Below, one piece after another: positions 52,107 through 60,700 of a DNA stretch of 64,000 nt (positions within the stretch are counted from its first letter, which is position 1; the number at the start of each line of letters is the position of its first letter). Position numbers and translations under genes: made by a program. The DNA is from a virus. The stretch lies in IMG/VR virus record IMGVR_UViG_3300031994_000034; one strand, written 5' to 3'. The notes under the pieces are model-generated. The model had not been told where the DNA came from. It saw only the letters and a program-made list of their open reading frames with translations, and did no database searches.

Positions 52107-52183
52107 AGTGATGGGTTGTTATAACAAGGCCCGGACTGTCTGGTAGCCCGGGCCTTGGTGATTAAGCAGTGAGGCAATGATGC

Positions 52184-52777
52184 TTATGCAGCATCGGCCT
52201 GGCTAATCTCGCCGTAGTATTTCACGGTGTCATATACCTGGAAATCGCAGGAAACACTGAAGGTGGTTCCGTGGTCGTCACCTCGCGCAGCACCCGTATC
52301 AGTGGTGCGGCTCCAGGTGATGTCGCCCTGCGGGTTGCCCACCACCAGCCACTCTGTGACTGGACTGCTGCCGCCGGCGGGGTCCTTCTTGACGCCCGTG
52401 GGGAAGAACACGAGGAAGTTGCCGTCGAGGTTGCTCAACGTGCGACTCAGTACGGCCATCTCGTCGATGCCGATCTCCACACGGCCCGTACCCGTCACGG
52501 TGTTTCCCTTGCCGGGTCCGTTGTCCTCCGAACTAACCTGCCCTGTTTGACCTTTGAAGTCGATGCGATAGCCCTTCAGGACTGTGCCACCGCCGGTAGG
52601 AGTGATGACGTATCGGTTCTTGCCCTCGTCAACCTCCACTTCGTCGATGAAGCCTTCCTCAGCCTCCAGTTCAACAGCGTTGGCAAAGGGCACGACCATG
52701 CAGTAGCTTGACACGCCTGCAGGATTCTCCTTACAAGTGTTTGCGGCCTTGAGGACCGAATTAAAATTGCAAGCCAT
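52184..52777 (-). CDS. virion structural protein (tail-tube or head-accessory candidate)
   Basis: 197-aa ORF immediately downstream of the capsid gene. The role is inferred from position only. Confidence 0.65.
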   Translation of the reverse strand: MACNFNSVLKAANTCKENPAGVSSYCMVVPFANAVELEAEEGFIDEVEVDEGKNRYVITPTGGGTVLKGYRIDFKGQTGQVSSEDNGPGKGNTVTGTGRVEIGIDEMAVLSRTLSNLDGNFLVFFPTGVKKDPAGGSSPVTEWLVVGNPQGDITWSRTTDTGAARGDDHGTTFSVSCDFQVYDTVKYYGEISQADAA

Positions 52778-52885
52778 AATCTATTCTGTGTTTGTTTGTG
52801 TGACTAATTGATCATTTCAGAAAAATCAGAGGGCGGCGGCCAGGCGGCGATATGGACCCAGCCGCCGCAGCACCTCCGATAGCGT

Positions 52886-54310
52886 TTAGCCCTTCACGTA
52901 GTAGGTCTTGCCAGACTCTACCTCGGTGTCCTCAGTCAGAGAATACACATCGCCGCTCTTCTCATACCAGCCCTGCGCAGCGGGGTTGCCAGAGGGGTTC
53001 TCTACGGCTGTGTAGGTGGGAGTCTCGTCGCCGCCACCGCCGTTGCCGTTCTCAGGAATCTCCTCGGTGAAGCGGGCCTGCAGGTCAACTACGCCACCCT
53101 TGAAGGTGTAAGCGTAAGTAGCCGCTGTGCCACCGTCCGACCAGCCGATGAAGACGTAGCCTGTCTTCGGAGTAGCCTTCACGGTGATGACGTCGCCCTC
53201 CTTGTAGAGGTCCTGAGGAGACTGGATGGCAACCGTACCCATCTTCTCGTTGTTGCTGGACACGGTGAAGATGTCTGCGATGTAGTCGCCTACAGGCAGG
53301 TCGCTGTGTGTGTTCACGGCATCGTTGGTGGCGAACACCTCCGGACCGAAGTCGCGGATGCGTGCCGTGGCACGACCGTTGGCCTGGTAGTCGAACACGC
53401 GGAGGTCGGTGTTCACCTGACCAATCGAGATGAGTGCCTGGTTCTCGCGGTTGTCGCAGATGAACTCGAGGTTGCCCTCTACGCTTGCGATGAGCTGGCC
53501 ACCCTTACCCATAGCGGAGCTGGTCTTCAGCACCACGTTAGGCATTTCGGCAAATTTCCAGCCGGCCGTCAACACGGTGGGAGCAATCTGAGGATAGGTG
53601 AGCATGTAGCCCTTCACGGCCTTGCGGCAGAACTCGTCGCTGGCGTAGATGTAGAGCGTCTGCTCGGGCTTCTTCATGGCAGCGGAGAGGCCGCCGTAGA
53701 AGGTGGTGAGCAGTTCGTACACCTGGTCAGCCTCCAGGCCGGTGATGTCACCGGTCTCAATGAGGTTGCCGTTCTGCTTCGAGATGGTGCCGTCGGTGCG
53801 GCGTTTGGCGATGATGGTGTAGATACCATCGTAGAGGGACAAGCCCTTCTTCACCTTGTTCTCGTTGCTGTCCTCGGCGAGGGCGCGGTTGGCGATGTTG
53901 CCGAAGAAGAAGTTAGCACGGATATCCTCTGCGAAGCGACCCGAAAGCTCGTTCAGCAGGAAGGTGGTGTGCGGTGCGCTCTCAGCGACGTTAGTCACCT
54001 CGAACGGACCCTTCTCTTTGTAGCGCTCAATACTGTCAGCGGTGTGGAGCACGATGGGTTCAACCTTTGCGGGGTTGTCCACAAACTTGCCCAGTTCGCT
54101 CGACTTCACGTTGCCGACTACGTAGGGACGTGCCTGCAGACCCTTGCGGTTGAAGATGTAGCAGGTGTCGATATTCTCGACATCCGTAGTCACCTTCACG
54201 CCCAGGTCTTCAAACATGCTGTCGGTGAGCAGGTAAGCCTTGGCTACCAACTCAGGGTGGATCGTCTCTTTGACGGTCTGAATCTGTGCAATGCTAAGTG
54301 CGTAAGCCAT
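52886..54310 (-). CDS. major capsid protein candidate with a C-terminal Ig-like repeat domain
   Basis: 474-aa ORF directly downstream of the protease/scaffold gene. The C-terminal 'YKEGDVITVKATPKTGYVFIGWSDGG' resembles the Listeria-Bacteroides repeat domain. Confidence 0.6.
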   Translation of the reverse strand: MAYALSIAQIQTVKETIHPELVAKAYLLTDSMFEDLGVKVTTDVENIDTCYIFNRKGLQARPYVVGNVKSSELGKFVDNPAKVEPIVLHTADSIERYKEKGPFEVTNVAESAPHTTFLLNELSGRFAEDIRANFFFGNIANRALAEDSNENKVKKGLSLYDGIYTIIAKRRTDGTISKQNGNLIETGDITGLEADQVYELLTTFYGGLSAAMKKPEQTLYIYASDEFCRKAVKGYMLTYPQIAPTVLTAGWKFAEMPNVVLKTSSAMGKGGQLIASVEGNLEFICDNRENQALISIGQVNTDLRVFDYQANGRATARIRDFGPEVFATNDAVNTHSDLPVGDYIADIFTVSSNNEKMGTVAIQSPQDLYKEGDVITVKATPKTGYVFIGWSDGGTAATYAYTFKGGVVDLQARFTEEIPENGNGGGGDETPTYTAVENPSGNPAAQGWYEKSGDVYSLTEDTEVESGKTYYVKG

Positions 54311-54364
54311 AATGTGTTTGTGTTGGTGGGTTGATAATTGTTTTGTGTTCTCTTGTGTTCTTTT

Positions 54365-54390
54365 CTCTGATTACTCGGGATGCTCCGATA
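54365..54390 (-). repeat. 9-bp-type array in the capsid gene leader
   Basis: The - strand reads TATCG GAGCATCCC GAGTAATCA GAG directly after the ATTGCAG box. Confidence 0.7.
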
Positions 54391-54431
54391 CTGCAATAAT
54401 AGCGGATGCTGGCCTTTGGGTCAAGGGCAAG
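54391..54431 (-). promoter_or_regulatory. late promoter-like motif P3 (CTTGCCCTTGACC-N-TATTATTGCAG)
   Basis: It follows the terminator hairpin 54437-54455 and lies about 80 nt upstream of capsid start 54310. Confidence 0.5.
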
Positions 54432-54459
54432 TGCGCCTTGCGGTTTTCCCGCAAGAGCC

Positions 54460-56220
54460 TTATGCCTTTCCCACCTTTTTCAAGGCGCGTATTTCCTCGT
54501 AGGTCATGCCGGCCTTCACGCGCTGGTGCTGGTTCGCCTTCGGAGCCTCGCCAGTACCGTTGCCGGCTGGCACACCAGCGCCGGCGTTGGTCATCGGAGC
54601 GGGCTTCTCGCTGAGTTCCTTTACCTCGGCCTGCAGGTCGGCCACCTTCTTCTGAAGGGCCTCGATGCTGGCATCCTTCTCCGTGAGGGCTGCATCCTTG
54701 GCAGCGATGGTGGCAACGTGTTCGGCAATCGTCTTGTCGCGCTCTGCGATGACGGCCTGTGCTTCGTTGAAGTTCTTCTGCGCTTCGGCGACATTGGCTT
54801 GTGCCTCGTCGCGCTCCTCGGCAATGCCATTCAGCGTGGCAAGGCTCTCCTTCAGCTCGGCAATCTCCTTGTCCTTCTCGGCAATCATCGCCTCTGCTGT
54901 GGCAAGTGCCTCTGCCTGTTCTGCGGCATCCTCATTAGCGGGTTGCTCTTCGGCGGACTGCTCCTGTGCAGTGGCTTCCTCGGCAGCTGGTTTCTCCGTG
55001 GCAGGTGCTTCCTCGGCAGCAGGTGCTTCAGTGGTTCCGAGCTGTTTGGTCAGCTCGTCAATCTTTGCTTGCAGACCTGCGACCTCGCTGGCCTTCGTCT
55101 GCATCTCCGTCAGTTTCTCGTTCAGCGTGTCGAGAAGAGGTGCATTGAGGAAGGTGCCTTCCTCGGTCACGTTCAGCTCTTCCACACCAAGAACCTGAGC
55201 GATGTTCTGATACTTCTTAGTCATGTTCGTACTATTAGTGGGTGAAACATTGTGTCGTCTGCTCTCAGTGGGCACGTCGGCAGGTCGGCCTACGTTCCGG
55301 CTTGCCGTTCGCTCAATAGGCTCCTCGCTGCCGTCGGCCACGGCAAAGGCGCGACCTATCAACTCGCCCAGCAGCATCTGTCCGTCGCACAGGACGCCCA
55401 TCACCTCGTCGGCATAGAACACCTTTCCGTCCAGATGCTCGTCGGTGGCGTTGGTGAACGATGCCTGCATGTCGGTGCGGAACTCGTCTTCCAACTTGTC
55501 CAGCTCGGCGATGAGCAGCGTGGCATCGTTGTCGTTGGCGATGTCGCGTATCTCCTTGTTCTTGTTGATGCTCTTCGTGGCGTAGTATTCGTGGTAGGTC
55601 TCGTTGGTATAAATCTTCTCGCCGTCGCCCAGCGTGAAGAACGATGCCATCACGCCCACGCAGCCCAGTTGGTCTTTCAGGTTGACCACATACACCTCGT
55701 CGCAGAACGAGGCGAGGTACATGCCAGCCGAAGCACACAGCCCGTCGATGAGTGCATAGACGCGCTGACCGCGCTCGTGGGCATAGTCGATGGCCTGTTT
55801 GAAATCATTCTTGGCCCAGGCTGAACCGCCCGGCGTGTTGATGACGATGACGTGGGCACGGCAATACCTGTTATCGGCAGCCTCCATCATCCAGTCGCGG
55901 ATATCCTTCGAACCGTAGGTGCAGGCATCGCCGTTGCGCGTGATGGGACCGCTCACGGGCATCACGTTCACGAAAGGCACGCTCATCTTCGACAGCAGGT
56001 TCTCGCCCCATCCGTCGTAGCGGGGCACAGCCGCGCCGTCCTCCGTTACCTGTACCTCGCGGATGAAGTCACCACCTGCCACGGCCAGCATCGGGCGTTT
56101 CTTCTCTACGGTGGCCAGCGCCACGTGGTTGTTGGCGTTGTACATCAGCGTGGGCAGTATGCCGTGGACGAACGCCGGCAGTATCATCCAGTGCTTCGTA
56201 GTGAATAATTCGTAGTTCAT
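54460..56220 (-). CDS. S49/ClpP-family prohead serine protease fused to an acidic coiled-coil scaffold-like domain
   Basis: 'VIVINTPGGS' and 'GLCASAGMYLA' peptidase blocks in the N-terminal half. The C-terminal half is rich in A/E/K coiled coil. Confidence 0.8.
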   Translation of the reverse strand: MNYELFTTKHWMILPAFVHGILPTLMYNANNHVALATVEKKRPMLAVAGGDFIREVQVTEDGAAVPRYDGWGENLLSKMSVPFVNVMPVSGPITRNGDACTYGSKDIRDWMMEAADNRYCRAHVIVINTPGGSAWAKNDFKQAIDYAHERGQRVYALIDGLCASAGMYLASFCDEVYVVNLKDQLGCVGVMASFFTLGDGEKIYTNETYHEYYATKSINKNKEIRDIANDNDATLLIAELDKLEDEFRTDMQASFTNATDEHLDGKVFYADEVMGVLCDGQMLLGELIGRAFAVADGSEEPIERTASRNVGRPADVPTESRRHNVSPTNSTNMTKKYQNIAQVLGVEELNVTEEGTFLNAPLLDTLNEKLTEMQTKASEVAGLQAKIDELTKQLGTTEAPAAEEAPATEKPAAEEATAQEQSAEEQPANEDAAEQAEALATAEAMIAEKDKEIAELKESLATLNGIAEERDEAQANVAEAQKNFNEAQAVIAERDKTIAEHVATIAAKDAALTEKDASIEALQKKVADLQAEVKELSEKPAPMTNAGAGVPAGNGTGEAPKANQHQRVKAGMTYEEIRALKKVGKA

Positions 56221-56243
56221 TGTCGTCGTTTTTATGTGTTTGT

Positions 56244-56283
56244 CCGCAATTTACGTTATCCCGTCCCGTAGGTCAAGGGCAAG
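56244..56283 (-). promoter_or_regulatory. late promoter-like motif P4 (CTTGCCCTTGACC-N-TAAATTGCGG)
   Basis: Same pattern, about 25 nt upstream of start 56220. Confidence 0.5.
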
Positions 56284-56406
56284 TGCGAAAGCAAAGACTG
56301 AGTGTCTTTGGTTTTGCGCTTGGGTGCAGCCGTCGGCTCGTGCAAGGCCGTGAGTGGAATGAGCGACCGCCACAGGAGACGCTAACGGCAAGGGGGGGGC
56401 AGCGCA

Positions 56407-57648
56407 TCACTTTTGCTCCGTAGTTCTGTGCGTCATCGGGAATGCCGTGAACAACTTTCTGTGCTGCTGTTCGCAAGCCTCCTTTCTCCGTCGTGCCTCT
56501 GCCGCGCAAGCACAAGCCTTGTCCTTCGCCTCCTGTTCCTCACGCGCGCGCACGTTATTATATATAGGTGTACCCACGACGGCATCGCCCAGTGCGTCCA
56601 GGTTCTCCTCGATGAACTGGCACGCCATCGCCATCGCCTGCTGTGCGTCCGTCATGCTGTCACGCCGGGCCAGTTTCGCATCCTTCTGAGAACTGGCCGT
56701 GGCGTAAGTCCCGGAACCCGAGAGCAGGGTGGTCTGCGTGATGGTCGTCCGTCGGCCCTCTACATAGAAAGCCAGGGCGGTGCGCAGTAGGCTCAGAAGT
56801 TCAGAGTACTCTGGGTTTTCCGAATACTCTGAATACTCCGAATCGCCATTGGCTACACCCACCACCGTCTTCAGTAACTTCGCCCCAATCCTCGGCTTTA
56901 GGTACGTGTTCTGACAGAACCGTATATCGCGCACCAAGGCCACGTATGCCATCCGTTCCCCTTTGATGTCCAAGTATTCATTCAGTGCCCGTGCCGTCTG
57001 GAACAAGAGGTCCTTATGCAGGTAGAACGCATCTGCCTCTGCCCACTTCTCTGCAAACCGTTTGTCGCCCTTCGCGTCGGCTTCGAGGAACAGCAGCAAC
57101 GAGTCGATGGATCTGCCAGCACTCATGTAGGCATCCTTCACCACGCGCTCCATGCGCTTCTCGTCCGTCGGCTCGTAGCCGTCGGCGGTCACGATGTTCA
57201 TGCCGCCGCCTTCGTTGAACGACACCGTGAGCAGTCCCGCCTTATGCGACAGCATCTTGTAGAACTCTATCTGCTGGCAGATACGGATGAGCCGTATCGT
57301 CGCCAAGTCCTCCTCCGACACCTCCATGTCGCCATCGGCAGCACCCTCGTAAGTCTCGCGGTAGTTGCCCTGCTGAATCTGGTCCAGCCGCTCCGTCACG
57401 TCGGCGTGAGCCAACTGCGCATCCTGCCGTGCCTTCCCCGTCGGGCGCACCGTCGTAGCGGTTATATCGACATACGTCTCACGCAGTCGGTCGTACTCCC
57501 CGAGCAGCCACTGGTACAGGCTGTTGCCCAGCAGCGGTTCTAAGGCCACCGCTTCCTCCTCTTCCAGATATCCGAAGAGTTGCTGCGGGCGGTCCCACCG
57601 TGCCGTGGGCATCATAGAGATTATTTCATTCTGTGTGGTAATAAGCAT
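56407..57648 (-). CDS. hypothetical morphogenesis protein (413 aa)
   Basis: Long ORF between the tape-measure-like and protease genes. It contains an in-frame 9-bp array (56804-56848, SEYSEYSENPEYSE). Confidence 0.75.
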   Translation of the reverse strand: MLITTQNEIISMMPTARWDRPQQLFGYLEEEEAVALEPLLGNSLYQWLLGEYDRLRETYVDITATTVRPTGKARQDAQLAHADVTERLDQIQQGNYRETYEGAADGDMEVSEEDLATIRLIRICQQIEFYKMLSHKAGLLTVSFNEGGGMNIVTADGYEPTDEKRMERVVKDAYMSAGRSIDSLLLFLEADAKGDKRFAEKWAEADAFYLHKDLLFQTARALNEYLDIKGERMAYVALVRDIRFCQNTYLKPRIGAKLLKTVVGVANGDSEYSEYSENPEYSELLSLLRTALAFYVEGRRTTITQTTLLSGSGTYATASSQKDAKLARRDSMTDAQQAMAMACQFIEENLDALGDAVVGTPIYNNVRAREEQEAKDKACACAAEARRRKEACEQQHRKLFTAFPMTHRTTEQK

Positions 57649-57654
57649 AGTCCT

Positions 57655-57699
57655 GAGTATTCCGAATAGTCCGAGTAATCGGAGTTATCTGATTCTGTC
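57655..57699 (-). repeat. 9-bp periodic array in the 5' leader of 56407..57648
   Basis: The + strand reads GAGTATTCC GAATAGTCC GAGTAATCG GAGTTATCT GATTCTGTC. Confidence 0.8.
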
Positions 57700-57738
57700 T
57701 GCAATATCGGCATTCCACCATGCGCGGTCAAGGGCAAG
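57699..57738 (-). promoter_or_regulatory. late promoter-like motif P5 (CTTGCCCTTGACC-N-GATATTGCAG)
   Basis: Same pattern, about 50 nt upstream of start 57648. Confidence 0.5.
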
Positions 57739-57743
57739 GAGAG

Positions 57744-57761
57744 TTCACACAGATACCACAG
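57744..57761 (-). repeat. CTGTGGTAT CTGTGTGAA 9-mer pair (- strand)
   Basis: Read directly, between the heptamer array and P5. Confidence 0.8.
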
Positions 57762-57795
57762 ATAATTGTGCATTGTGAATTATGAATTGTGAATT
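57762..57795 (-). repeat. heptamer array (AATTCAC AATTCAT AATTCAC AATGCAC AATTAT on the - strand)
   Basis: Read directly. It begins 4 nt after the stop of the tape-measure-like gene. Confidence 0.85.
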
Positions 57796-57798
57796 GAA

Positions 57799-60700
57799 TC
57801 AATATCTCTGCCCGTACCTGTTCAGTGTTTTCTTTCCGCTGTCGTAGGAATCTACCAGGCCTCCTTTGCCATAGACATCAAAGGTGGCTTTGATGCCGTT
57901 GATGCGCAAGTCCTCCAGGAGGTCGCTCTGACGATCGATGCTGGCTTGCAGGGAGGCTGCCTGTTCGGCGCTCATGCCGGCGGCAGCGCTTTCCGAATAC
58001 TCCGAGTAATCCGAGAACTCAGAGAGATTGCCGTCGGCGAAGGCCGCCACTCCCCTGCCCCTGCGACGCAAGGCGCTGATACGTCCGCCGCCGCTGAGGG
58101 TCTGTATGGCGTGCCAGATTTCGCCTTCGTTCATCGTGATTTGGCGGGTGGTGCCTGCGTCGATGATCATCTCGCGGCCTCGCTCGCCGCTCAGGTGGAA
58201 CTCTGGGCCGTTGGTGAGGTGGGTCTTCGGGCTGCGCCCCATGTAGCGGGCGCGGTAGGTCTTGCCGTCGGCGGCATCCACGTTGTATTGCCGTCCTTCG
58301 CGCAGGGTGGATGGGTCGGTAAACTCGTTCACGTTACCCTCGGCATAGGTAAGCATACCAGTAGTCAGGCGACCTGAAGCGACAGAAGATACGCCCGTGG
58401 CCTGTGCGATTTCAGATTTTGACTTGGCAATCTTGCTGGCAGCAAGGCCCATCAAGCCGCCGAGTAGCCCAGTAAAAATGGCAAAAACGGGAATAGCACC
58501 CCAGCCCAGTTGTGACCACAGCTTAGACAGGACGGAAGGCGTTTCAGCGGCCACTTGTCCCGTGGTTTGGGAGAGGTTGGTGGTCAGTGCCGTGATGGCT
58601 GCGTTACCAGCAGCCTGCACGGCAATCATACCGAACTTCTGCGAGGCCGACATATTCTCATTCGACATAGCCTGGTAGGCGATGCCGTAGAGGTTGGCGG
58701 CGACGGTCATCTTGGCGAAGGCCGACTGTGTGCTCTTCTGTATCTTCGTGTCGGTCTGAACCTGCCCCTGCGCAATGTCCTGTTGGTTCTGTAGGATGGT
58801 CTCTTTGGCGGCGGTACTGCCTTCGGCATAGGCCTGCCATGGCGATATAATTGTTTCGGCGGCGGGCGTATCGCTGGTGGGCTGCAGGGGTGAGATGCCG
58901 TCCACGCCGAAGCCGGCCCCGGCAGCTGAATCGTCGCCCGCCCCGCCTCCGGCCATTGTCGCTGCCAGTCGCAGTATGGCCTTCGTGTTGGTATCCAGTG
59001 CATCCGTGTTCGCGTCGATGCTGACGTTCTGCAGCATCGCGTTCAGCTGGTCGGTGATGGTCTCCGACATCTTCATGTTCAGGTCGTCCATCAGTTTCTT
59101 CCATGCGTCGGCCATTGCGTTGCGCTGCTCGATGTCCAGCACCTCCTGGTCGCTGAGTGTCTGGTACGATGCCTCGGCGTCCTTCGTGCCGGCGTTCTCC
59201 ACGACGATGTACTGGCCGCTGGTCGATGCGCCCGTCAGCCGCTTCTTGGCCTGCTCGGTGTAGAAGTCGGCCTGTCCCGTGTTCGATGCCTCGAAGACAC
59301 CTTGCAGTGAAGAAGCAACCAGGTCGCCCCATTCGCGCAGCGCTGTATAGAGGCGGTTCTGGCTCTCCTCCATCTGATTGGCGATGGCCACGCGCTGCTC
59401 CTCCAGCTTCTTCAGTTCCTCCGTCTTGGCCAGGTTCAGAGAGCGGCGCAGGTGCTCGGCATCCTCCAACCGGCCTTCGGCTTTCAGCTGCGCAATGCGC
59501 TCCTCGCCTATCTGACGCATACGGTTGTAGTAGGTCGTCTGCATGGCCAGTCGCACCTGCATCTGTTTGATGGCCAACTTGTCGGCCACGCGCTCGCTGG
59601 CCTGTCCTGCGCCGATGAGCGAGTTGGCCCGCTTCACCTGATCCTCGGCCAGTCCCAGTCGGCTCAGCGCCTTCTCGAAGCCGTCGCGGCGGCTCTGCGT
59701 CTGTCCCTCTGCGATGTCGGCCCACCAGATGTCGGTCTGCTTCTTGATGAGCGACGCCTCCTTCTTGATGGCATTCTGTATCTCGTCGTAGGCCGTGCGC
59801 AGCTGCGCCATGAGTGCCTGCTGCATCTGGGTGTCCCCGCGTATGGCGTCGGCCCAGGCTTGCATGCCCTGCTCGCCCATGTGGCGCATCACCTCCTCGA
59901 TGGTTGTCGAATAAGCATTCTCTGCCTCGCCCAGCATGAAGGCCGTGCGCTTCATCTCCTCGGTAGCCTGCCGGCTGTTGAAGTCGCTCATGTCGGCATT
60001 CTCGCGCATCAGGCGGTTGCGCTCGGCGGTCATGTCAGCCGTCAGTATGCCCATCGTCACCAGGTTCTCGCGCAGGTTGCTCGTGATGCCGTCGTAGGGC
60101 CGTTCCTTCTCGATGATGTCGCGGATGGCCTTCATCTGTGCGGTCACGGCCTGCTGCTGTTTCAGGAGGTCGCGCTCGATGCCTTTGTCCAGTTTGCCGA
60201 AGATGGTGCGCTGCTCCGCCTCGCTCTTCTGTCCGATGTCGTAGATGAACTTCACCGTCTTGCCGATGGTCTTCTGAATGAAGTCGGCGGTGTCGCCCGT
60301 GCGTTCGCTGAGGATGTCGAAGATGGCTTGCTGCTCCTCTTCCGTTACCTCGGTACTTTTCTTGGCGTAGAGCTTCTGCAGTTCCGCCCTGCGCTGGTGC
60401 CATTCCATTTCGTTGGCCAGCGTGCGGTTCTTCATCTCGGCCTCCGTGATACCCTCCTCCGTGGCTGCCTCCTGAATGCGCGTCTTGCGCTCCGTGTAGT
60501 AGGCATCCAGTTCATTGAGGTACGCACTCCACTCGTCCTTGATGACCTTGGCGCGAGCCTTCTGTTTGGTCGGGTCCATCCAGTCGCCCGTGTTCGTCAG
60601 ATGCTTCTCGTGCAGGGCATCCTGTATCTTCAGTCGCTCGGTATTGTACCACTCGATCGCCTGCTTCGTGTCCTTGATATTCTTGCGTGTGGCCTCGGTG

